In this document: positions 1 to 8,535 of the stretch, one piece after another
How positions within the stretch are numbered: the stretch's first letter is position 1
How the letters are laid out: the number at the start of each line of letters is the position of its first letter
Origin: Prasinococcaceae sp. CCMP 1430
Taxonomy: Eukaryota; Plantae; Prasinodermophyta
Direction: 5' to 3'
Length of the DNA stretch: 64,000 bases
Assembly: GCA_013416795.1 (NCBI GenBank)
Contig: RQSC01000027.1
Coordinates: 457,911 to 521,910, forward strand
Notes under the pieces: generated by a model
Databases searched by the model: none
What the model saw: the letters and a program-made list of their open reading frames with translations, nothing else
Told to the model about the DNA's origin: nothing
Translations under genes and position numbers: made by a program

Positions 1-57
1 TCACGTGACAGCCTCGCGCGAGAGCGCGACAATCTTACCCGCGAGCGCGACAGCCTT

Positions 58-3000
58 GTGAACGAGCGTGACATGCTGCAAGGAAAGCTGCAATGCGCGT
101 CCGAGGAAAGCGACAGGCTCGCTACATCAGATGCGTCGTCGCGGGAGCGTCTCGAAGTAGTTGAAGCTGAGCGTTCGAGAGCCGAAGCGGCTGTTCGTCA
201 ACTCGAGTGCAGCTTGGAGGAGATGCGCGCGAGGGAAGCCCGCAACGAAGCCGAGCGAGAGGAGGAGCTGACTGCCCTGCAATGTGCCCTTAGAACAGCT
301 TCCGATATGGCCGGCGCTAGCGAGACCCGGCTAAAGGAAATGGAGGACGAGGTGGCCGCGCGAGAGCGGGAGCACATCGATCAAATCAACGCCTTCCAGA
401 AGAGCTTGGCGGCCTCGACCGACGATGGTGCACAGTCGCTCGCTCGCATTGACTCCCTTGAAGCGCAGCTCGTCTCAGCTCAGAGAGACGCCCGCGAGGC
501 TGGTACGCGGCTTGAGAGGGCCACTGAGGAGCGCGAGGAGAAGGACCTTGCCATCATCGACTTGAGGTCTGAGGTTGGTGCGCTCAACGACAAGCTGAAG
601 GAGTTAGGCGCCGAGTTCAACGACGCTTACCAGCTGGCCTCCAAAGAGACTGAGCGCGTAGAGAAGCTGTCGGCCACGATGCAGCGTGCGAAGGAACGCG
701 AAGACGAACTTGAAAAGCAATGCGCGGAGAGTGCCGAGCAACTGGCTGCTTGCGAGACGGAGAGGACTCGGCTGATGGCAGAGAAAGAGCAGCTGTCTAA
801 GAGGATAGCGGAGCTCGAGGGCAAGCTTGTCTCTACCGAAGAGACGGCTCAAAAGAGCGCTCTGCGGATCGCCGAGCTTGTCGTGCGTGTGGAACGTGCT
901 GATGAGGCGACTGACTTCGCCGCATTCAATGCGTCGGCACAGCTGAAGGAGGCCACAGACGCGGCAGAAGCAGCGGCAGCGGAAGTAAGCACGCTACGCA
1001 CGAGGCTCGAGACATCGACCAGCGAGAGCATATCCCTCAAAGAGCGCCTGTCTGAGATCGAAGACGAGCTCCACGACATGAGAAAGGCTCATGCGGGCGA
1101 GACACGCGACGCGGATGTTCGCGAGGCGGCGCTCGAGTCAGAGAAGGCTACGCTCGAGGCCGAGCTCGCTGACGAGCGCACGCGCGCTGCGATTGCCATG
1201 AATGAGAGCCTGCAAAACCGCGCAAAGGCCGCCGAGTACAGCGAACAGCTCAGGAAGAAGGTGAATGAGTGCAACTCGCTCGATCAGCAGCTGCAGGCGG
1301 CACTGTCGGAGGCTGCTGCTACGGCAGAGGCAAGCAGGGAGGCGTCCAGGCAGGCAGAGAGCAAGATTGTCGACCTCGGCGACGAGCTCGAGAAGGCGCA
1401 GAGCAGGCTCGCAGGTTTAAAGGAAAGAGGCGACGTATTTGCAGAGGAAGCGTTGCAAGCTACCGAAAAGGCCAAAGCGCGCATTGAGGCTCTGGAGAAC
1501 GAGGTTCGGGTGGTGAAGGACGAGCGCGCGGCGCTCGCTGAGGAGAATGCGAAGCGCGTTGCAGAGATAGAGGCTATGCGATCCGAGAACGAAAAGGCGA
1601 TGGAGGCCGCGCACGTCAAGCTGATGGCCGCGAGCGAAACTGCGGCGACGACGATCAAGACGCTCGAAGTCCGCGTTGTCGAGCTCACTGAGAAGAGTCA
1701 GAAATTCCATGCCCGTGGCATCGAGCTCGAGACTGCGCTCGATGATGCAGCCGAAAAGGCCGCTGGAACGAAGCTGGCGCTGGAGCGCAATATCGATGAT
1801 CTCAGCCGCTCGCTCAAAGCAACGGAAGAGCGCGCAGACATGTTGGAGTCCAGGCTCCAGACGGCCTCCCGTGAGTCGGCAGAGGCTGCCGAGCGCTCTG
1901 CCGCAGCTCAGAGTGCCGCCGGGGTACATTTGGAGGAGACGCGCGAGCAGCTGAAGATCGCTCGTGAGGAGAGCGAGCGCCTTGCTGATGCCAAGGAGAA
2001 GGTAGAGGATGAAGTCATCGCTCTTCGGAAGGAGGGCGAAGCCGCCGACGCGGCTGCGACGGCCAGGCTCAACGCTGCCCTCGCTGATGCAAAGGCAAGG
2101 CTCGATGCGGCTCATGCAGACGCGTCTGCCGCGGCGAACGAGCAAGAGAAGCGCATCGCGTCGCTCACGCAAGACGCGATCACCCTTACTGAGGCGTCGA
2201 GGTCCTCAATTGAACGTGTGAACCAGCTTGAGAGTGATGTGGAGACGCTGCGAGCAGACGCTGCGGCTACTGCCACAGCCAATACTGCGAAGAGTGCAGA
2301 AATTAATGCGCTGCTTGCATCGACGCGCTCCCGTGTGTCGGACTTGGAGGCCGAACTCGAGGCGCAAACGAAGGCCGCATCGGCCGAAAAGGACGCGGCG
2401 GTGTCGGAGGCAAAAGAGGCTCTTGCTGTTGTTGAGTCGCTGCAGGCCGAGCTCGTCGCCGTTCGCCTCGCGAGTGACAAGCTCAGAGACGAGAAAGACG
2501 CGCAGGCACGGGAGGCCGCCGCCGCCGCCGAGGCGAGCGAGGCACGTCTCAGGCAGGCCACCGATGATGCCGCCGCCGAGGTTGCTGCCGCTCAGCAGCG
2601 CATTAATGAGCTCGCGGCCGCCGCGGACGCTGCGGCTGCATCCGCACAAGCGGCAGCGGACGAGAGCGAGAAACGCATCGTGGCCCTCGAGGAAGCGTTG
2701 GCGGCGACGACAGGGCGCGCGAAAGCTGAGGCACTCACAGCTGAGGACGAAGCGAAAGTGAGGGAGCTGCGTGTTGCAGAATTGTCGCAATCTCTTCAGA
2801 CGACGCACGAAGAGCTCGCCGCGAGAATGGCAGAATTGGCGACACTCAAAGAGACCACAGAGAGAGGCCGACTCGAGAGCGAGGCCACCATTCGCGAGCT
2901 GCGGGCTGAGCTTGAGATGGCGCGGAAGGAGGGGGCAGCTTTGGGCGAGGAGCGCAAGAAGCTCGTGGGTGAACTCAAGGCCACGCGCAAGGAAGGCGCC

Positions 3001-4515
3001 GCCGCCGCGGAGGCAGCAGCAGCGCAGCTGACGCAGCTTCGCGGCGACCTTGCTGCAGAGATACAGGTGCTTCAGAAGGGCCTCCTTGAGGCGCAGCAGG
3101 CAAATGCTGTTGCGCGTGAGCGGGCAGACAAGGCAGAGGCCGACTCGAGGGCGCTTGAGGCTGAGCTCGCGGAGGCCCACGCCGCATCCGCAAGCGCGGC
3201 ATCCGGCTTCTCCGAGCGCATAGCTACAGTGGAGGCCGATCTCATTGCTGCAAATGAGCGCGCAGCGCAGCTCGTGAAGGACCTGCAGATCTCGGCTACT
3301 GAGGCCGTGTCGGCAAAGCAGGCAGCGGACGCTGGTGCGGCCGAGCAGGAACGCAAGCTCGCCGAGCTGCGATCTGAGCTGGAGGTGGCGCAGCAGGAGA
3401 GCGGTGCACTGGCGGAAGAGCGCTCTCGGCTGGTCGCCGAGCTCGAGGCGCAGCGTGCCGAGTCGTCGGCTGCCGCTGAGGCCGCGCAGGCACGTCTGAC
3501 GAAGGAGACGGATGACCTGGGCGAGCGCATCGAGCGGCTCGAGCAAGCTGAGGCTGCGGCGGCCGCGAGGGCAAAGTCGGCCGAGTCACGAGTCGCCGCG
3601 CTGGAGGTGGAGCTTGGAGAGGCGCGAGAGAGCGGTGCCGAGGCGGCGAACGCTGCGGCCGAACGAGCAGCTACCATTCAGGAGGAGCTGGCGTCGGCGC
3701 AGTCGAGCATCGCTGAGCTGGAGGCCCAGCTCGCTCGCAGCGAGGCCGACCTCGAATCGTCGCAGGTGTCATCGAATGCTGTCATCGAGGCTCGCGAGGT
3801 CGAGGTCAAGGAGCTGCAGCAGGAGCTCACCGCCATGAAAGAGGAAAGCGAAGCGCTCGTGGGGGCGCGCGAGGGTCTTGCTGGCGAGTTGGACGCGCTG
3901 CGTGCTGAGGCGGCTGCCGCACAGGAGGCGGCGGCTGCACGGCTAGCGCAGGTCGAAGGCGACGCCGAAGCCGCCCGCAAGGCATCAAACGACCGCGTTG
4001 AGGAGCTCAGCAAGGCATCCGCTGCGGCTGCAGAGCGCGCGGAGGCGGCCGAGGCCCGCGTCCGGGAGCTCGAGACGGAGCTTATCGCCAAGAGGTCGGA
4101 GATCGTCGCCACCGCAACTGAAAACGCCGAGCGCATCCGAGTGCTTGAGGCGAGTTTGGCGAGCTCGTCGGCCGAGAGCGCAGAGCGCGCTCAGCACGTT
4201 GCCGCGCTTGAAGAGGCTGCGGTGGCGGCTGAAAAGGAGGGCGCGATGCGCAGCCAAGAGCTCACCTCACTCGAGTCTGAGCTCGCTGGTGTCAAGGAGG
4301 AGTGTACTGCGCTTGAGGTTGCGCGGGAGACACTGAAGAGCGAGATGGTACTTTTGGAGAAGGAGGCTGCAGCCGCCGCGCAGGCTGCTGAGACGCGCAT
4401 CGCGCAGATGCGCGAAGACGCAGAGGAGGACGCAATGGAGGCTGAGGTTCGCGCCAAGGAGCTTGAAGCCGAGCTCGAGAGCGTGCGTGAGGAGCTGCGG
4501 CAAGAACGCGCGTGA
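58..4515 (+). CDS. Very long Ala/Glu-rich coiled-coil protein; probably 5'-partial (the ORF track start is a GTG near the window edge)
   Basis: Uninterrupted 1485-codon ORF with heptad-like E/A/L/R composition throughout and an internal super-repeat of about 150-160 aa. Stop TGA at 4513-4515. No catalytic motif recognised. Confidence 0.85.
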   Translation: MNERDMLQGKLQCASEESDRLATSDASSRERLEVVEAERSRAEAAVRQLECSLEEMRAREARNEAEREEELTALQCALRTASDMAGASETRLKEMEDEVAAREREHIDQINAFQKSLAASTDDGAQSLARIDSLEAQLVSAQRDAREAGTRLERATEEREEKDLAIIDLRSEVGALNDKLKELGAEFNDAYQLASKETERVEKLSATMQRAKEREDELEKQCAESAEQLAACETERTRLMAEKEQLSKRIAELEGKLVSTEETAQKSALRIAELVVRVERADEATDFAAFNASAQLKEATDAAEAAAAEVSTLRTRLETSTSESISLKERLSEIEDELHDMRKAHAGETRDADVREAALESEKATLEAELADERTRAAIAMNESLQNRAKAAEYSEQLRKKVNECNSLDQQLQAALSEAAATAEASREASRQAESKIVDLGDELEKAQSRLAGLKERGDVFAEEALQATEKAKARIEALENEVRVVKDERAALAEENAKRVAEIEAMRSENEKAMEAAHVKLMAASETAATTIKTLEVRVVELTEKSQKFHARGIELETALDDAAEKAAGTKLALERNIDDLSRSLKATEERADMLESRLQTASRESAEAAERSAAAQSAAGVHLEETREQLKIAREESERLADAKEKVEDEVIALRKEGEAADAAATARLNAALADAKARLDAAHADASAAANEQEKRIASLTQDAITLTEASRSSIERVNQLESDVETLRADAAATATANTAKSAEINALLASTRSRVSDLEAELEAQTKAASAEKDAAVSEAKEALAVVESLQAELVAVRLASDKLRDEKDAQAREAAAAAEASEARLRQATDDAAAEVAAAQQRINELAAAADAAAASAQAAADESEKRIVALEEALAATTGRAKAEALTAEDEAKVRELRVAELSQSLQTTHEELAARMAELATLKETTERGRLESEATIRELRAELEMARKEGAALGEERKKLVGELKATRKEGAAAAEAAAAQLTQLRGDLAAEIQVLQKGLLEAQQANAVARERADKAEADSRALEAELAEAHAASASAASGFSERIATVEADLIAANERAAQLVKDLQISATEAVSAKQAADAGAAEQERKLAELRSELEVAQQESGALAEERSRLVAELEAQRAESSAAAEAAQARLTKETDDLGERIERLEQAEAAAAARAKSAESRVAALEVELGEARESGAEAANAAAERAATIQEELASAQSSIAELEAQLARSEADLESSQVSSNAVIEAREVEVKELQQELTAMKEESEALVGAREGLAGELDALRAEAAAAQEAAAARLAQVEGDAEAARKASNDRVEELSKASAAAAERAEAAEARVRELETELIAKRSEIVATATENAERIRVLEASLASSSAESAERAQHVAALEEAAVAAEKEGAMRSQELTSLESELAGVKEECTALEVARETLKSEMVLLEKEAAAAAQAAETRIAQMREDAEEDAMEAEVRAKELEAELESVREELRQERA

Positions 4516-4553
4516 ATACCATTGTAAATCATTGTCAATTGTCATTCGGGGGA

Positions 4554-7550
4554 TTAGGGAGTGAAATTGTGCGCGAAGAAGCCCGGTGCCAGTGCGGGCG
4601 ACATATGCTTCGCAACAGCGTAGGCGAGCGACCGACACAGTCTCTCGCGCGAGCGCATGTCGTCGCAGTAGAAATGATCACCAGGGACCCTGTGCGCGGT
4701 CAGCGTGCCGGTTGTAACGTCCTGCCAGCCCCTGATGTCGCTGTCTGTCACCTGGGCGTCCTGCGTGCCGGCAAACGCCACGATGTTGCACGAGAGCTTC
4801 ACGGAAGTCTGGGGGGTGCGGAGTATCGCGGGTGCGGAGAGCTGCTGCTGCTGCAGGTAGGATGACTCGTCGGCCACGGCGTGTTCGCCCCCCTCACCGT
4901 GCTTGCCGTGCGTACCCTCGACGGCGCTGCCATCGTGACCGCCGTCGAAGACGCCATCATGCGCGTCCTCGCCGACGAAGGACATCTCGCCCCTCGTGCG
5001 CACGGATGGCGGTGTGGCATCGTGTCGGTAGGTCTCTTCAGCGGCAACATCCGCACGAATGGTGCTCATCATTGCCCGCAGCATGAGCGAGTTGCGTCTG
5101 AAGTGCCGTGGCAACCGCATGCTCGAGCGGAGCGCCTCGGCGAGTTCCTGATCCGGCAGCAGGTGCAGCGCCAGCTGCTTGTCCAGACCGGGTGACGCCC
5201 GCCCGCGCGAGACCGGTGGGCATCGAGACCGCTCGCTGCGTTCGGGCGGAGATGAGTGTTCTTCGAACGCATTCACACACCAGCTTGTCGGGCTGCCACA
5301 CCCTGAAACGAAAAGCATGATGGGGGACCAGTCGAGCTTCGCCTTGAGGGCCCGTGCTGTTTCGTACGCCAGCAGAGCGCCCATGCCATGGCCGAAGAAA
5401 ACGGCCTTCGACCTCGGGCCGCGCTTGAACAGCTCGGGCGCAAGAGCGGAGGCGATCTCACATGCAAGAGCGCGTACGCTGTCGAAAGCGGGCTCTTTCA
5501 CCCTCGAGCCCCTCCCAGGTAAAAGCACTGCTGTTGTGTTGATGAAATCGGGCAGCAGAGAGCTCCACGCCTCGAACATGACCGGTGCTGATCCACCAGC
5601 ATATGGGAAGCAATACGCGTGCATAAGAGGGTCCACACATGCAGCTGGTAGCACCTGGAACCACCTGTGCCACTTGCTCACAGGTGGCGGCGTCACGAAG
5701 CGGCAGAGGAACTCCTCGGCGAGCTCAGTTGCAGCTGTGGGCTGGTTTGGAGCGGCCACTCTGCCATTTGTCTGCTGCAGCGACCCCGTACGTCGACCGT
5801 GCGGCGCCCCCGCCTCGCCGCTCCCATCGCCCTGCGCGCTGCCATCGAATTTGTTCTTGCATCTGAACTTGTCTCCACCCTCGCGCGTCGTGGTGTTGGT
5901 TGCAACCCACATGAGCACGCCTGTGGACGGCACAATCACGAGGACTGAGTCTGCGCCAGCACGACGCGCTCCGCGCAGGTGCAGAATCAATGGCCCTGCA
6001 TCATCCTCATCGTAGGAGGCACCCCCATCATTGGGCCGGTGCTGATACCCTGCGTTTGCAGGCAGGGGCAAGCCGCTCGAGGAGCACGCCTGCATGCCAG
6101 GGGCGACCATCGTTGAGGAGCAGGCGCCATCCGCTCGTGCGCATTGCAGCACCCTGAGTTCGTCCACGGCTGCGTCATTGAGCAGCGCACGCCTCGTTCC
6201 TGCTGCGGACGCCTCTGACTCCAGCAGCGCCCCGCCCAACACGCCCATTTCCTTCGCCGTGAGTAGCAGCCCCACAACAGGCGAGAAGCTCTCGAGGGAA
6301 TGATCCACCGCAGCGCCCAGCGGCCGCCAAAAGTTGCCGCGGGTACGATCGAGGCTCTCGCTGCCATCGCTTGCGGTCACCCTGATTGCGCCATCACGCA
6401 CGTGCTGCGAGGCACTGCTGAGCTGCGACCTGGCGCTCAGCGCCGCCGTCGGTCTCCCCGCGGTCGTGTATGCGCCTGCAATGCCGTCAGATTGCACGCC
6501 CGGATCGAGACCAACACCTGCGCTGCTGCCGGCGGACACGTAGCTTGTGGCCAGCGCGTCGACGTGGGCCCTCCCCATGCAGTTGAGCGCCGCGCTCATG
6601 CGGAGCGGTGCAAAGATACTCTGTGCGACCACGTTGGCGAACGTGGTGCCCTCAGCCGCCTCGATTGCAGCGCCGATGAGCAGGTAATTGTAGTCGCAGT
6701 CCACGAAGCAAACGCCCGGGGCGCTGTGCCTCCGCCCACTGCATTGGCTGAGGAACGCCACAAGAGCCGTGAGGGGCTTCTGCGTGGCTGCGCCAGCCGC
6801 GCTAGGCGCATCGACACTGCCGCTGGCCCTTGCCAACGAACTCGAGCCCGCTCCGGTCACGCCGCTTCCGCCCTCTCGCGGATTCGTGCTTGCGGGCCCG
6901 AAGCCGCTCGTGTGCGTCAGCAGGTGGCGAAGCGTCACTGGAGGCGCCCCCTCGAAGCGCTCATCCGGTGCGATGCGCAAGCAAGCCGGCAGGAAGGCGT
7001 TTATGTCCGCGTCGAGCTTTAGAGCGCCCGATTGTGACAGCCTCAGCGCTGCGAGGACTGTTAGTAGCCGCGAGTGCGAGCCAGCGTCGAAAACTGTCTC
7101 TGAGTGCGACGCGAGCTTGCCGGATGCCGCATCCGCGAAGCCAAACGCACGGCACACCTCGAAGTCGCCCGCCCTGGTGCGCGGGTCGTGCGCGCCTTCG
7201 GCGCGCCCGGCCGAGCGCATGACGCAGCACGCAATGCCGGAGGCATTGTAGCGCCCCAGCGCGAGATGCGCCGCACGCGGGAGCCATGCCTCGATCTCGG
7301 CGGCGCACAGTGGGACGCACTCGTGGCGGCGCAGCGCTGCCTTCGCACGCACACGCGACGCGCCGCTGCAGCCGCTGCGCGCGGCGCCAGCCGCCAGTGC
7401 CGCGAGTGATGCCGCAGACCCCAGGGCAGACACTTCAGCTGACCCCCCCGCTTCGGCGTCGCGCTCGCCGCCGAGCGCACCCCCCGCACCACGCCCCTCC
7501 TCGCGCGGATCGCTGCCGCCCGCGCGCTGCTTAGCAAAATCGCTGCACAT
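4554..7550 (-). CDS. Fusion of a class C beta-lactamase/serine hydrolase-like domain and a type II thioesterase (TesA/GrsT-like) domain, both with degenerate catalytic motifs
   Basis: N-terminal domain: FDAGSHSRLLTVLAALRLSQSGALKLDADINAFLP, TLRHLLTHTSGF and PGVCFVDCDYNYLLIGAAIE. C-terminal domain: AYCFPYAGGS, LLPGRGSRVKEP, FFGHGMGALLAYE, LFVSG, IRADVAAEETY and VPGDHFY. The likely ATG is at 7550 (MCSDF); the ORF track extension to 7739 is antisense to the E2 gene. Confidence 0.8.
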   Translation of the reverse strand: MCSDFAKQRAGGSDPREEGRGAGGALGGERDAEAGGSAEVSALGSAASLAALAAGAARSGCSGASRVRAKAALRRHECVPLCAAEIEAWLPRAAHLALGRYNASGIACCVMRSAGRAEGAHDPRTRAGDFEVCRAFGFADAASGKLASHSETVFDAGSHSRLLTVLAALRLSQSGALKLDADINAFLPACLRIAPDERFEGAPPVTLRHLLTHTSGFGPASTNPREGGSGVTGAGSSSLARASGSVDAPSAAGAATQKPLTALVAFLSQCSGRRHSAPGVCFVDCDYNYLLIGAAIEAAEGTTFANVVAQSIFAPLRMSAALNCMGRAHVDALATSYVSAGSSAGVGLDPGVQSDGIAGAYTTAGRPTAALSARSQLSSASQHVRDGAIRVTASDGSESLDRTRGNFWRPLGAAVDHSLESFSPVVGLLLTAKEMGVLGGALLESEASAAGTRRALLNDAAVDELRVLQCARADGACSSTMVAPGMQACSSSGLPLPANAGYQHRPNDGGASYDEDDAGPLILHLRGARRAGADSVLVIVPSTGVLMWVATNTTTREGGDKFRCKNKFDGSAQGDGSGEAGAPHGRRTGSLQQTNGRVAAPNQPTAATELAEEFLCRFVTPPPVSKWHRWFQVLPAACVDPLMHAYCFPYAGGSAPVMFEAWSSLLPDFINTTAVLLPGRGSRVKEPAFDSVRALACEIASALAPELFKRGPRSKAVFFGHGMGALLAYETARALKAKLDWSPIMLFVSGCGSPTSWCVNAFEEHSSPPERSERSRCPPVSRGRASPGLDKQLALHLLPDQELAEALRSSMRLPRHFRRNSLMLRAMMSTIRADVAAEETYRHDATPPSVRTRGEMSFVGEDAHDGVFDGGHDGSAVEGTHGKHGEGGEHAVADESSYLQQQQLSAPAILRTPQTSVKLSCNIVAFAGTQDAQVTDSDIRGWQDVTTGTLTAHRVPGDHFYCDDMRSRERLCRSLAYAVAKHMSPALAPGFFAHNFTP

Positions 7551-7564
7551 CGCCGCAGTTGCAG

Positions 7565-8307
7565 CGCGCCGCCCACCCCCGTCGCCGGCGCCGGCGGCGC
7601 CGAAGGCCGCGGCGCCTGCACCCGCCGCCCCGGCGCAGTCTGGCGCGGTGCCCTTCAATACCATGCAGGCGGCCATTGCCAAGAACATGCAGGCCTCGCT
7701 CGACGTGGCCGCGTTCCGCTGCACCGTGGACATCTGCACCGATGACTTCGACGCGCTCTACAAGAAGCTCAAGCCCAAGGGCGTGACCATGACCGCGCTG
7801 CTGTCGAAGGCCATCGGCAACGCCGTGGGCCAGTACCCGGTCATTAATGCCGGCTGCGACGGCAACGGCTTCGTGTACAACGACTCCGTCAACATCGCGG
7901 TTGCGGTCGCCATGGACGATGGTGGTCTCATCACGCCGGTGCTCAAGAACGCCGACCAGACCGACATCTACGAGCTGTCGCGTCAGTGGAAGGACCTCGT
8001 GGGCAAGGCGCGCAAGAAGCAGCTGGCGCCGGACGAGTACTCCACGGGCACCTTCACCATGAGCAACCTGGGCATGTTCGGCGTGTCGCAATTCGACGCC
8101 ATCCTCCCGCCTGGCCAGGGCGGCATTCTCGCGGTGTCCTCTGCCATCCCCACCGTCTGTGCGTGCGACGATGGCTCCATCAAGGTCAAGAAGATCATGA
8201 AGGTCACGCTCTCGGCTGACCACCGCACCGTGATGGGCGCCGACGGCGCCGCCTTCCTGTCCACGCTGCGCAACATCATCGAGGACCCTGAGCAGCTCGT
8301 GTGGTAA
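7565..8307 (+). CDS. DLA2: Dihydrolipoamide acetyltransferase (plastid-type pyruvate dehydrogenase E2): linker and catalytic domain only, with no lipoyl or E3-binding domain in the window
   Basis: Pro/Ala linker, then VPFNTMQAAIAKNM, KPKGVTMTALLSKA, NIAVAVAMDDGGLITPVLKNAD, TFTMSNLGMFGV, FDAILPPGQGGILAV and the catalytic ADHR motif. Strong C/G third-position bias. The 5' boundary is uncertain. Confidence 0.85.
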
Positions 8308-8535
8308 GCGGCTGGTGCGTGTCGCATCGGTTCAACGCCCACTCGGACGCCCCCCTCGAAGCCCGCCGGTGGGCGGGTGAAGAAACCCTTAACAAGCACC
8401 GACCGCCCGAAGGAGGCGCGCGCTGTAGATGGGGCCCATTGCCCCATTCTCGCGCGCGGCGGGCCGCATTGGTTGTGCCGCTCGTTGCATACAATTCGGT
8501 AGTGAAACAGTTAACAGTATACAATGTGACCTTCT

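Noticed and set aside
604-4638. Many long overlapping or antisense ORFs (for example 2206-3546, 9143-11104, 14780-16435 and 44275-48306)
   Set aside because: They are shadows of real genes in high-GC DNA with few stop codons. They have low-complexity Ser/Ala/Arg translations and no motifs.
4554-7550. Beta-lactamase-like domain as a penicillin-binding partner of the LysM/M23 genes
   Set aside because: It lies about 50 kb away, has degenerate SxxK/YxN motifs, is fused to a thioesterase and has no evident targeting peptide.
7565-8307. A split E2 in which the GcvH-like gene at 43494 supplies the missing lipoyl domain
   Set aside because: The GcvH-like protein lacks the lipoyl lysine and lies 35 kb away. 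An assembly problem or distant exon is simpler.
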